From IMG/VR virus record IMGVR_UViG_3300030061_002141, positions 1 to 56,301 of that record: a stretch of 56,301 bases of DNA. One strand, written 5' to 3'. Position numbers and translations under genes: made by a program. Shown here one piece after another: positions 1 through 8,063 of the stretch. Position 1 is the first letter of the stretch. Every line of letters starts with the position of its first letter. Origin of the DNA: a virus. Taxonomy: Duplodnaviria > Caudoviricetes. Under the pieces are notes generated by a model. That model was not told the DNA's origin. It saw only the letters and a program-made list of their open reading frames with translations, and made no database searches.

Positions 1-80
1 ACCAGTATATATATTTTTTATCCTTTTAAAACCTTTTTATTCTGTTGTTTTAATTTTATTGTTGCGGATATATATACTCC

Positions 81-207
81 TGATCCTTGCTGATCCGCCG
101 TGATCCTTTACCCGGGATCCTTGCTGATCCTTAGTGAGGGATGCTGTTTGTTGTTGTGATCATCGTCATGATCAAGAGTCAAGGTTGTGGTCGGTTTTGA
201 TTTGATC
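81..207. repeat. GATC/TGATCC repeat array, candidate pac (packaging initiation) site
   Basis: GATC at 82, 92, 102, 116, 126, 158, 170 and 204; first three TGATCC are 10 bp apart; GATCCTTGCTGATCC duplicated at 82-96 and 116-130; overlaps and follows the 3' end of terS. Confidence 0.6.
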
Positions 208-642
208 AAGATACTTGGCCAGGTCGTCATCAGACATAGAGTCAAGGGTTGAGTGTTGTACTTCTTTCTTCTCCACCAAAAACCCCAACAGTTGAGACTT
301 CAACCTTATCGCGTTGACTGCTGCTGTATATTGTTTCTTGCTACAAGCATCAACATACAATTTATCTAGCTTTTCTACCTCTTTTGACACAGATTCACTG
401 GTCAAGCGCCTAGCATCACCACGCAATCTATCAATATACTGGATAATTTTATCTTTCTTTAAGTTGCGTGCAGCTTGAACGTGAGCAGAAGTTTCAGAGT
501 AACCTGCGTCAACAGCCGCTTGTTTCTTACCTTTTCCTTTAGCTATCTCCTCGCAGAACTTCTTTTCCATTGAGGATAAAGTCGCTTCGTTTGTCTGATG
601 TATTTGGTCTATAGTTATCGCCATATTTATCCAATATAGCAA
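172..642 (-). CDS. terS: Terminase small subunit
   Basis: N-terminal HTH pattern EKKFCEE...QAAVDAGYSETSAHVQAARNLK typical of TerS; would precede terL if the genome is circularly permuted; true start may be MAITID at 624. Confidence 0.85.
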   Translation of the reverse strand: MLYWINMAITIDQIHQTNEATLSSMEKKFCEEIAKGKGKKQAAVDAGYSETSAHVQAARNLKKDKIIQYIDRLRGDARRLTSESVSKEVEKLDKLYVDACSKKQYTAAVNAIRLKSQLLGFLVEKKEVQHSTLDSMSDDDLAKYLDQIKTDHNLDS

Positions 643-660
643 TTAATTTAGGAATGTAAA

Positions 661-933
661 TTAAGAATAATAAGGTCTATGTTTAGGAAAACTATCTGGT
701 GTACCACGATAATAAACATCACATTCTATTCCAAATTCTATAGAATTCCATTTATTACCAAATAATTTATTAAATAAACGACAAGCACGAAAAGCTTTCT
801 TAGGATCAGTAAATTTAATTTTACCTTCTTTAAGTCGTTCACCAGCGTTATAGTACCAACCACCTTCTTCGTGTCCGCCAAGTAATCTATCCGTTTTGTA
901 CACTGCTAGTTTCCAGAATTTTTCAACAGCCAT
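661..933 (-). CDS. Hypothetical phage protein (GGHEEGGW motif)
   Basis: ORF overlapping the upstream gene; GG.EEGGW.Y motif of the kind seen in small phage proteins. Confidence 0.6.
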   Translation of the reverse strand: MAVEKFWKLAVYKTDRLLGGHEEGGWYYNAGERLKEGKIKFTDPKKAFRACRLFNKLFGNKWNSIEFGIECDVYYRGTPDSFPKHRPYYS

Positions 934-1201
934 TATCCCTCGCTAGTTTAACTTGTGCGTCAACTCGATCAATATTTCTATCATCTTCTAATCTACGATG
1001 TCGATAAATTGAATCAATACGCTGTCTTGATTTAAGTCTTTTATCCTCATCGTTATCTAGACAAGCATGGGTTTCTTTTAGAAAATCACCTTCATAAAGT
1101 TGAAAGCCACCTCCGATATACTTAATATCAAAACCTCTATACTTATCCAATGGTACCTTCAATTCTCGCAGGAATAACTTTTTCATTATCGCACGTATCA
1201 C
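923..1201 (-). CDS. Hypothetical protein (true start probably near 1150)
   Basis: ORF track; the 5' part overlaps the Cys-rich ORF 1143-1298, so the start is likely downstream. Confidence 0.5.
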   Translation of the reverse strand: MIRAIMKKLFLRELKVPLDKYRGFDIKYIGGGFQLYEGDFLKETHACLDNDEDKRLKSRQRIDSIYRHRRLEDDRNIDRVDAQVKLARDNGC

Positions 1202-1298
1202 AACATTCTCCTTCGTCTTTTATTGGTGATGGATTATTACCCCAACCTGTAAATTCTTCTTTACAGATAACACAAACTTTTATTTCATTATCGTCCAT
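1143..1298 (-). CDS. Small Cys-rich (Zn-binding) protein, 51 aa, not in ORF track
   Basis: Translated by hand: MDDNEIKVCVICKEEFTGWGNNPSPIKDEGECCDTCDNEKVIPARIEGTIG; CxxC...CCxxC; start overlaps the upstream stop (TAATG). Confidence 0.65.
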   Translation of the reverse strand: MDDNEIKVCVICKEEFTGWGNNPSPIKDEGECCDTCDNEKVIPARIEGTIG

Positions 1299-1534
1299 TA
1301 TTTATATGCCTCCTTAATTGAAATAATTTCATACATAGAATTTTTTTCTTGAGGTTCTGCTAAGTCAAAATTATGTATCATTGGTTTATACATATCAGAA
1401 AGATAAGTTTCAAAAGTAGCTGAGACACTTTCAAAAGTACCTATAATTTCAGTAGTAACGTAAACAAAATGCATGTTATCTTTAGTATTAAATTTAAGAC
1501 AACCTTTACATTCAAAAGTATGATCTGTTATCAT
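1298..1534 (-). CDS. Hypothetical early protein
   Basis: ORF with strong RBS AACTAACTAAGGAGAA. Confidence 0.6.
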   Translation of the reverse strand: MITDHTFECKGCLKFNTKDNMHFVYVTTEIIGTFESVSATFETYLSDMYKPMIHNFDLAEPQEKNSMYEIISIKEAYK

Positions 1535-1607
1535 TTTATTCTCCTTAGTTAGTTTTTTCTAATAATTTAAGAATAAATAAAAAATTACCTTTTAAGACAA
1601 AAAAATA

Positions 1608-1784
1608 CTATTCATAGTCCTTAAAACGAACATCATCAAAACTATCTCCATTCTTAAATGATTTAGATAATCTTTCTGATAATTTTTTTTCCTCTCTTGC
1701 TTCTAAATAACTGATAATAATTAACATAAGCATACCAATAAATATTAGAAACAAACCACCTAATATAACTAATTCAACAGTCAT
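1608..1784 (-). CDS. Small single-pass membrane protein, 58 aa, not in ORF track
   Basis: MTVELVILGGLFLIFIGMLMLIIISYLEAREEKK...; ATGA overlap with the upstream gene. Confidence 0.55.
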   Translation of the reverse strand: MTVELVILGGLFLIFIGMLMLIIISYLEAREEKKLSERLSKSFKNGDSFDDVRFKDYE

Positions 1785-1978
1785 AATTGTATAGCTTTAA
1801 CTCCTTTCATTTGTTGCACTTGATCATGTGTTAAACCATAATACTCTGTAGGGTTAACAGGAAACCTACCAGTTTCGTCTAAATAACAGTCAGTAATAAT
1901 AAACTCGTTATGAACAAAACCAGGCTTACCATCATAATGTTTTACATTACGTTGCAAGTTTATAAATTTAGTAGTCAT
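1781..1978 (-). CDS. Hypothetical early protein
   Basis: ORF with AACTAACAAGGAGAAA leader. Confidence 0.6.
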   Translation of the reverse strand: MTTKFINLQRNVKHYDGKPGFVHNEFIITDCYLDETGRFPVNPTEYYGLTHDQVQQMKGVKAIQL

Positions 1979-2044
1979 TTATTTCTCCTTGTTAGTTTTC
2001 TATATATTTTAAATTTATAAAAATTTATTACAATTTAAAACAAT

Positions 2045-2464
2045 TTAAGTTCTAACAATATCAAGTTTATCTCTCATATCTGGAGCAGGTCCATCTTCTA
2101 ATTTGATAGATTTAAAGCTAGGTGCATTTTTATAATCTATTGGAGTAAACATTACATCGAAACCATAGTAACATTCTAAATACCAATCTTGAGGACTACC
2201 TTTAGGCCATGCGTAACTTTTAGGGTGGCTACCTAAAGAATAACCTACACCCCAATCATGTGGTCCTGCTTCGAAACCTACAATAATAATCTTATCAGAA
2301 CTGCTATCAGTATAATCTTTGCCAAGCATTATATTAGTTTCCCAATTTGGATCCATACCCATACGTTTACAGTTTTCATCAATAGCTTTCTTAAACATTC
2401 TAGCTGCAGTAAGCATATCAATCTTTTTACTTACAAAGTCTGGTAAATTAGTTAATCTATCCAT
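2045..2464 (-). CDS. Hypothetical early protein
   Basis: ORF with AACTAACTAAGAAAGGAGAAA leader. Confidence 0.65.
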   Translation of the reverse strand: MDRLTNLPDFVSKKIDMLTAARMFKKAIDENCKRMGMDPNWETNIMLGKDYTDSSSDKIIIVGFEAGPHDWGVGYSLGSHPKSYAWPKGSPQDWYLECYYGFDVMFTPIDYKNAPSFKSIKLEDGPAPDMRDKLDIVRT

Positions 2465-2546
2465 AACTTTCTCCTTTCTTAGTTAGTTATTATTGCTAAT
2501 AAGTTTATAAAATCTATAACCATAAAAAACAAAATAAAATTTTCTA

Positions 2547-2822
2547 TCATATGCTTTTTCCATTCTCATCTATAATTTTTTCTATGCTATCTACTTCACG
2601 ATTAGGGTCATCTTCGAAATAACTATTGTCAATTGGTGACAATCCATATTCTTCAATATAATCATTACCTAAAATTTGCTGTCCATCGTCATCATTGGCT
2701 ATAGATACAAATTCATCTTTAGTTTGTATCCATAACTTTTCGTCAACAATCTCATATTCTTTTTCAGCAGGAATTATTATCTTGAATTTTACTTTAATTT
2801 TTTTATTTACAGTTGTAGCCAT
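2547..2822 (-). CDS. Hypothetical acidic protein
   Basis: ORF coupled to the upstream gene; D/E-rich. Confidence 0.55.
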   Translation of the reverse strand: MATTVNKKIKVKFKIIIPAEKEYEIVDEKLWIQTKDEFVSIANDDDGQQILGNDYIEEYGLSPIDNSYFEDDPNREVDSIEKIIDENGKSI

Positions 2823-3112
2823 TTACCATTCTCCTTATGAAACATTTTAGTATGACCGCTATGAGATTCCATAATATCTAATGGATCAAACTCTAGATTA
2901 CCATAATACATACCATATTCTTTATCTAAATCGTCATCGTCACAAGTATAAAATTCTACACCTGAATCTGCTATTTTTTTATAATGTTCTTTAACTCTTG
3001 TCTGTTTAGTAAATACAGAAAAACCTTCGTTCATATCTTTTGTGCAAACTCTTATCCATCTATCTATACTATTGAAATAATAACACCAATCTAATTTGTC
3101 TTTCTCTACCAT
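2807..3112 (-). CDS. Hypothetical protein
   Basis: ORF with AAGGAGAAAG RBS. Confidence 0.6.
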   Translation of the reverse strand: MVEKDKLDWCYYFNSIDRWIRVCTKDMNEGFSVFTKQTRVKEHYKKIADSGVEFYTCDDDDLDKEYGMYYGNLEFDPLDIMESHSGHTKMFHKENGKWLQL

Positions 3113-3126
3113 TACTTTCTCCTTTT

Positions 3127-3164
3127 TAACGTAGCCAAGGTACGATAAAAACTTGGCTACGTTA
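3127..3164 (-). promoter_or_regulatory. Perfect 13-bp stem-loop directly upstream of an RBS
   Basis: TAACGTAGCCAAG (3127-3139) and CTTGGCTACGTTA (3152-3164). Confidence 0.65.
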
Positions 3165-3198
3165 TATTTATAAAAAAGAAAAAAAGCAAACTATACAA

Positions 3199-3561
3199 TT
3201 ATTTTAAAGTAAAAGTTGCTTTAGGCGTTTTACTTGCTTGACCTGATTTATCTTTATCTTCAGTCGCAACAAAGCCTCTTTCTCTATCCCAATCTAAATC
3301 GATTGTTTTACCACCTTTTTCTAAAAAGTCTCTGATTCTCATTCCAGTCTTGTATAACTGAAATCTTTTATAACCACCAGAACCTTCTCTCTTAGGGTTT
3401 TTAGGTACGCATACTTGTATTCTTGCGTCCCTATCGTATTTGTATGTACCAGAAAATTCTTTCGGGTCCATAACCTTAGGCTTCTTAGTTTTAGCTTTTG
3501 GCTTTATAACAGTAGGTTGACTCTTAGGAGTAACCTTTGGTTTAGTTGCTAGATTTATCAT
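3199..3561 (-). CDS. Basic putative DNA-binding protein
   Basis: Lys/Pro-rich N-terminus plus NPKREGS..YKRF.LY core; adjacent to the putative origin. Confidence 0.5.
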   Translation of the reverse strand: MINLATKPKVTPKSQPTVIKPKAKTKKPKVMDPKEFSGTYKYDRDARIQVCVPKNPKREGSGGYKRFQLYKTGMRIRDFLEKGGKTIDLDWDRERGFVATEDKDKSGQASKTPKATFTLK

Positions 3562-3654
3562 TTCTACCTTTCTATTTATTTATTAATATTTACTATATAG
3601 AGCAACCAATTAGAAAATTAAACAATAAAATTAGCCTTGCGGGCAGCCTCGGGA

Positions 3655-3778
3655 GGTATTGGCGGTATTGGCATAAAAGTAGTACCAATACCAGTTATTA
3701 TCATTGGTATACTTGAATAATAGTCGAAAAGGTATTGGTATTGGCACTTTTTATAAATTTGAAAAAATATTTTTCAAA
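3655..3778. repeat. Iteron-like GGTATTGG(C) repeats plus AT-rich palindrome, putative replication origin
   Basis: GGTATTGGC at 3655, 3664 and 3737; GGTATTGG at 3731; inverted CCAATACC at 3685; palindrome TTTGAAAAA-ATA-TTTTTCAAA at 3758-3778; lies in a large intergenic gap. Confidence 0.5.
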
Positions 3779-3905
3779 ATATATTTTCCTATATAGTAAT
3801 AACGTAAAAAAGAAGAAATAGCAATAAACAGTAACCAATTAAATGTCTTAAAAAATAAATCATTTAAATCTTATATACGTGATTTTTAAAAAACGTACAA
3901 GTATC

Positions 3906-4238
3906 TTATTGATCGTTCCTATTTATTTCAAGTATTGCGAGAGTTAAATGAGCAGAACTATTTGCTCCTGCTTTAGCAAAAAGATAATCATTTTCTTCAA
4001 GGATTATCGGTCCTTTAGCCAAGTTAATTGTCTCTTTCGTACTAAGTTGATCATGCGAAATTTCATGGTCAGTTCCTGCAGAACTATCTCTGACAAATAC
4101 ATCAACATTATTATTGTTCGAAGTATCATTAGCCACTTGAATAGTTTGAATTATAGCTCTACTATCACTAGGTGTAGTGTATAAAGTAGTGTTCGCTGTA
4201 GTTAAATCTTTCATTGCGTTTTTATAAATATTAGCCAT
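3906..4238 (-). CDS. Putative small virion structural protein
   Basis: MANIYKNA...TTLYTTPS...IILEENDYL pattern resembles small beta-rich tail-associated proteins of marine podoviruses. Confidence 0.55.
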   Translation of the reverse strand: MANIYKNAMKDLTTANTTLYTTPSDSRAIIQTIQVANDTSNNNNVDVFVRDSSAGTDHEISHDQLSTKETINLAKGPIILEENDYLFAKAGANSSAHLTLAILEINRNDQ

Positions 4239-4414
4239 TAATTACCCCTCATTAAAAACCATTGTTTTCTGTCTTGTTCATCTTGAATATCTTTAGGATA
4301 CGTTGTATTTAAAACTTTTACAACGTCTTGTAAATCTTCAATAAGTTGATCGAAATCAGTTTTGTTATATTCTACAGGTGCTGTATTTAATCGGGATGTA
4401 GGGATCTTAGCCAT
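4238..4414 (-). CDS. Putative small virion protein, 58 aa, not in ORF track
   Basis: MAKIPTSRLNTAPVEYNKTDFDQLIEDLQDVVKVLNTTYPKDIQDEQDRKQWFLMRGN; TAATG coupling to the next gene. Confidence 0.55.
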   Translation of the reverse strand: MAKIPTSRLNTAPVEYNKTDFDQLIEDLQDVVKVLNTTYPKDIQDEQDRKQWFLMRGN

Positions 4415-4456
4415 AGTTTACACTAATCCATAAAAACCAAAAAGTACAACAAAAAT

Positions 4457-4621
4457 CTATTTCTTTTCGCTGTCTTCTTTAATCTCTTGTGCAACTTCAT
4501 TTATCTTTTTTTGAATTTGCACCATTTCAACTGTTACTGAGCCATTACTTAACAATTTAGAGGCCCACTGTGCCTCTAGGTTCCGCTTCTGGCTCAATTT
4601 TGTTTCCAGAGCTTCGCTCAT
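4457..4621 (-). CDS. Small coiled-coil protein, 54 aa, not in ORF track
   Basis: MSEALETKLSQKRNLEAQWASKLLSNGSVTVEMVQIQKKINEVAQEIKEDSEKK, with a GGAG RBS upstream. Confidence 0.55.
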   Translation of the reverse strand: MSEALETKLSQKRNLEAQWASKLLSNGSVTVEMVQIQKKINEVAQEIKEDSEKK

Positions 4622-4793
4622 TCCATTCCTCCACTGTTAGCCGATTTTCGTCTTCGGGACCTTGTATATCCGTCCACTTAAAAGTTTTAGGATGCTCTTT
4701 CCAAAGAGCTTGGCTTGCACTGTCTAAATTATCATGTTCTACTAGCCCTTCAGCAAAATATCCACAACGATAAAATTTAAAGTGCACTAACAT
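4557..4793 (-). CDS. Hypothetical protein
   Basis: ORF track; same strand as neighbours. Confidence 0.55.
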   Translation of the reverse strand: MLVHFKFYRCGYFAEGLVEHDNLDSASQALWKEHPKTFKWTDIQGPEDENRLTVEEWNERSSGNKIEPEAEPRGTVGL

Positions 4794-4831
4794 TTACGCT
4801 AGGGCTATCATAAAAACGTTGATTTGTAAAG

Positions 4832-5365
4832 CTAATTAAACCAAGATGGAATCTCAGTTTTCCACGTTGCAAACTCACGTTTGTGAGCCTTGTAAAAATT
4901 ACGATATGCTCTTACTGCGCTAATTTCTTTACATTCGTCAGGCATACATTGAGGTGGTTCTTTAAAACCATTATTTTGAATATTTTGTGGAAGTATCGAT
5001 AAATATGATCTTAATTTCTTCCAAGTCATGTGTGTTTTATCATATCGTTCTGTGTATTCCATACAAAGATTATGCCATAATCTCCATAGATAAATATAAT
5101 GATCACCGGACTGACGAACCCATATATTAGAAGGGTGGCTTACATGAGCAACTTTATAAAATACATTATCGCTGTCTCCGTCTAGTTTCCAATTAGATAC
5201 CATACGTTTGCCTGAATTAGATATAACTTTAACATGCTCTCCATCTAATACTCGATGAGCAGTAGAAAGTAATTGAGCATATTCTAAAATCATTTTAGTA
5301 ACATGTTGATCGCAATGCCATTTAGCGCATTGAACTGGATCCTCGGATAAATAAAATATATTCAT
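4832..5365 (-). CDS. Pyrimidine-dimer DNA glycosylase (DenV)-related protein
   Basis: MNIFYL...HCDQHVTKMILEYAQLLSTAH, HPSNIW and PQCMPD motifs of this phage family. Confidence 0.7.
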   Translation of the reverse strand: MNIFYLSEDPVQCAKWHCDQHVTKMILEYAQLLSTAHRVLDGEHVKVISNSGKRMVSNWKLDGDSDNVFYKVAHVSHPSNIWVRQSGDHYIYLWRLWHNLCMEYTERYDKTHMTWKKLRSYLSILPQNIQNNGFKEPPQCMPDECKEISAVRAYRNFYKAHKREFATWKTEIPSWFN

Positions 5366-5703
5366 TCGTAATCTACAACTTTAACATCGCTATATAAATT
5401 ATCATCGTGTGGAAAATAAAACATAAGCTTATTGTCATATTCTCCCTCTAACTCAGGTCTAGGAAAATCTAGTTTGATTTCTATTAGATGTTCGTATTCA
5501 TTGAATACTTTAGGTCTGTCAGTATAAATTTTATTAGTGACACAAGTACCTGTCATATATGAATAATTATATTCGTAATCAGTAACAGTATGTTCGTGTT
5601 TTTCGAAACGATATTTTTTACCAACAACACAATCTTTTATTTTAACGTATTTAGTCATTTTCTCCTTTCTATATTTACTCGGATGTTTAAAAACGAAAGT
5701 CAT
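5362..5703 (-). CDS. Hypothetical protein (start probably MTKYV at 5658)
   Basis: ORF track; AGAAAGGAGAAA RBS before the internal Met. Confidence 0.5.
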   Translation of the reverse strand: MTFVFKHPSKYRKEKMTKYVKIKDCVVGKKYRFEKHEHTVTDYEYNYSYMTGTCVTNKIYTDRPKVFNEYEHLIEIKLDFPRPELEGEYDNKLMFYFPHDDNLYSDVKVVDYE

Positions 5704-5734
5704 TTTAGTTTAAAAGTAACATTTTAATACAATA

Positions 5735-5944
5735 TTATCTACACATACAACCGTAAAAATATCCCGATCCATCGTTCATATAGTATTGATTAAGATTTTC
5801 AGAAAATGTTGCAAACTTTAATTTAATTATTTCGCATAGATCAAAGCAATCTACATTTAAAGCGTGAACTTTAATATCAACAAGCATTTCTTTAGTTATT
5901 TCAACTAAATGAAAAACGCCATCATTAAGAATAATTATTTCCAT
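5735..5944 (-). CDS. Hypothetical Cys-containing protein
   Basis: ORF coupled to the upstream gene. Confidence 0.55.
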   Translation of the reverse strand: MEIIILNDGVFHLVEITKEMLVDIKVHALNVDCFDLCEIIKLKFATFSENLNQYYMNDGSGYFYGCMCR

Positions 5945-6288
5945 CTATATACAGTTACTTCTTCAATAGGACCCCCGGTCGAATGTCTACCATTTAATTT
6001 TAATGAATTTATATTTTCAATATCTTCTTCGCTCCAACCATTATCCATAGTCATATCGTCTTGCATAATTTCTCCAGTAGTAGGCTTATCTCCAGCATCT
6101 GCATTTACACAATAACCATGCCACCATACTACAAAATATCTTCTACTTGAAGCTTTTACTTTAGCAGCAGTATCAGTTTCTAAAACACCACAACTATCAC
6201 ATTTTTCAAAACGAGGTTTATCATCATCGCTACCACTAGGTGTAGTCCATATATAACCATCGTCATAACATTCTCTACATTTAGTCAT
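5935..6288 (-). CDS. Zn-finger (CxxC...CxxC) protein
   Basis: CRECYDDG...CDSCG; strong RBS. Confidence 0.55.
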   Translation of the reverse strand: MTKCRECYDDGYIWTTPSGSDDDKPRFEKCDSCGVLETDTAAKVKASSRRYFVVWWHGYCVNADAGDKPTTGEIMQDDMTMDNGWSEEDIENINSLKLNGRHSTGGPIEEVTVYRWK

Positions 6289-6304
6289 GTTTCTCCTTTC
6301 TAAT

Positions 6305-6452
6305 TTAAGCTAGGCGAAGTAATTGTTAACTAACTTGAGAGCAAAAAATGACTACTCCGCCTAGCACCAAAGAGGATTATTAGCTAAGTCATAGACTTTA
6401 CCTCCAATCCAAATGTATATACTATCGACCAATTTCGATAGTAAATACAGAT
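6305..6452 (-). ncRNA. Candidate structured RNA or 5' leader with three hairpins
   Basis: 15-bp stem 6309-6365 that pairs fully only on the minus strand (G-U pairs); GAGG/CCTC plus AAGTC/GACTT stem near 6372-6404; TACTATCGA/TCGATAGTA stem at 6420-6443. Confidence 0.4.
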
Positions 6453-6481
6453 TAACTATTTAAAAAACAACTTATACAAAA

Positions 6482-6670
6482 TTATTTTCTTTCTGTAATG
6501 TAAAAGCTTATTGTTCTTTTATCAAAATCAAACTCTGTAGAAGTAACATCTACATGCTTGACTGGACAATTACCTAACCATGCTTTAAACATTTCTTTAG
6601 TATTATGTTTATGTCTTTTAGCTTTATTTGAATCAATAACTTCTTTTACTTGATCATCGATAACAGCCAC
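6482..6670 (-). CDS. Hypothetical protein
   Basis: ORF coupled to the upstream gene. Confidence 0.5.
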   Translation of the reverse strand: MAVIDDQVKEVIDSNKAKRHKHNTKEMFKAWLGNCPVKHVDVTSTEFDFDKRTISFYITERK

Positions 6671-6948
6671 TAATGTTTCCTTTCTTCTTCAAGTTTTAAT
6701 TTAAGACTATTGAATATACTGTCTTCAACATCTAATTGATATAACTCGCCATTATCATGTTCAAATAGAACACGCCAACAGTCAGGTCTTTTCTTAATAT
6801 GAAAAAGTATCGGCCACTCTTGTTCTGGTTCGTACTTTTTCGCTTCTTCATCTAACTCAAATTTTTCAAATCTGCGTGGCCAATTATTTTTCTTAGCCAC
6901 TTCATTAGCTTGAAGCAATTGAGATTTAGTCATAACTAAATAACTCAT
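6670..6948 (-). CDS. Hypothetical protein
   Basis: ORF with overlapping start and stop. Confidence 0.55.
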   Translation of the reverse strand: MSYLVMTKSQLLQANEVAKKNNWPRRFEKFELDEEAKKYEPEQEWPILFHIKKRPDCWRVLFEHDNGELYQLDVEDSIFNSLKLKLEEERKH

Positions 6949-7085
6949 TCGTTACCCTCGATAATGTCTCGTAATTCGTCTAGATCAGAACCATCATCGC
7001 TAAAGTCTGATAATTCTAAACCAAATGAATTAGCTAATTTTTCATCGTCTGTCTTTTCTACTTTCTTTTCTTTGTCTTTACTCAT
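6945..7085 (-). CDS. Small acidic protein, 46 aa, not in ORF track
   Basis: MSKDKEKKVEKTDDEKLANSFGLELSDFSDDGSDLDELRDIIEGNE; AGAAAGGAA RBS; ATGA overlap. Confidence 0.55.
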   Translation of the reverse strand: MSKDKEKKVEKTDDEKLANSFGLELSDFSDDGSDLDELRDIIEGNE

Positions 7086-7221
7086 AATATTCCTTTCTAT
7101 AATAAAATTATTATATATTTATTACGAATTAAAAAGTCAATAAAAACAACGAAAACTCCTGTGATAGACTATATGGATTAGAGTAAAACCGGGTGAATAA
7201 ACCGGCTCTATGAGCGATTTA

Positions 7222-7527
7222 TTAATGGATTTTAAACTCATTTTCGATATCAGTCTGATATCTAGGACCAGTGGTAAAACAATCTACAATTTCATAATCT
7301 ATAAATTTAAATTTCTTTTTCATCTTTTGATTGCAAAATTCGTAGAACCTATTGATCCTCGGAAAAAAGGGTTCACTATCTATTTGAGTAAATTCTAATT
7401 TTTTAATTTCATTGGGATTATCTATTTCATGATATTTAAATGTTACCATATAATCTTTAACTGGAGCAGAATATAATTCTTGTATCATATCTTTTGCTTC
7501 TTGATCTTTATTAAATAGTTTCGACAT
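7222..7527 (-). CDS. Hypothetical protein
   Basis: ORF track. Confidence 0.55.
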   Translation of the reverse strand: MSKLFNKDQEAKDMIQELYSAPVKDYMVTFKYHEIDNPNEIKKLEFTQIDSEPFFPRINRFYEFCNQKMKKKFKFIDYEIVDCFTTGPRYQTDIENEFKIH

Positions 7528-7750
7528 ATTCTTCTTTACAAGTCCATTTTGTATAAAATTTATATTTATTTACTGCTTCCTTTTTAGTTTCAGCAAACAT
7601 TAATTCAAAAGAATCACCATATCCATCTCTCATGCAAGACCAATGATCCTCATAAATTTTTGGTTCAGTAGTAGTTTCGTGACACTCCATGGTTACTGCG
7701 GAGCATAGATATATCATCAAAAAAAATTTAGTCATTCGACAAGTATACAT
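7511..7750 (-). CDS. Hypothetical exported or Cys-containing protein
   Basis: Hydrophobic N-terminus KFFLMIYLCSAV and spaced Cys residues. Confidence 0.5.
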   Translation of the reverse strand: MYTCRMTKFFLMIYLCSAVTMECHETTTEPKIYEDHWSCMRDGYGDSFELMFAETKKEAVNKYKFYTKWTCKEEYVETI

Positions 7751-8034
7751 CTATTTAAAAGGTTTCGTAAAACTTTATTTTGTTTTAAAATGTTATAGTA
7801 TTCCTCTGTTAATCCTGCGACCTTTTCTTCTCCATGATTCGCTACTGGAAAATCGTTTAATGTAACTATGATGTGAAATAATTCGTGAAACAAAGTTTTA
7901 CCTAAAATTCTTTTAGTTAAACCTTTTCTAATTACAAGAGTATTATCATTAGTTTCAAAATATCCATATTCTTCTATATCCTTGAAAGATACTTTGATTA
8001 TTTTATTTTTGTATTTAATCTCTGTTAGTTTCAT
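7732..8034 (-). CDS. HExxH zinc metallopeptidase-like protein
   Basis: TLFHELFH followed by EE motif. Confidence 0.6.
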   Translation of the reverse strand: MKLTEIKYKNKIIKVSFKDIEEYGYFETNDNTLVIRKGLTKRILGKTLFHELFHIIVTLNDFPVANHGEEKVAGLTEEYYNILKQNKVLRNLLNRCILVE

Positions 8035-8056
8035 AGGGCCAACTTAATGGCCCTAT
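8033..8056 (-). promoter_or_regulatory. 9-bp hairpin overlapping the start codon of 7732-8034 (terminator or translational repressor)
   Basis: ATAGGGCCA-ACTTAA-TGGCCCTAT. Confidence 0.5.
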
Positions 8057-8063
8057 TATAACA

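Noticed and set aside
81-3778. Repeat clusters at 81-207 and 3655-3745 as CRISPR arrays
   Set aside because: Repeat units are 6-15 bp with no regular spacers, and there are no cas genes
6305-6452. Possible tRNA
   Set aside because: Hairpins do not form a cloverleaf; no TTCGA T-loop in the right context and no acceptor stem
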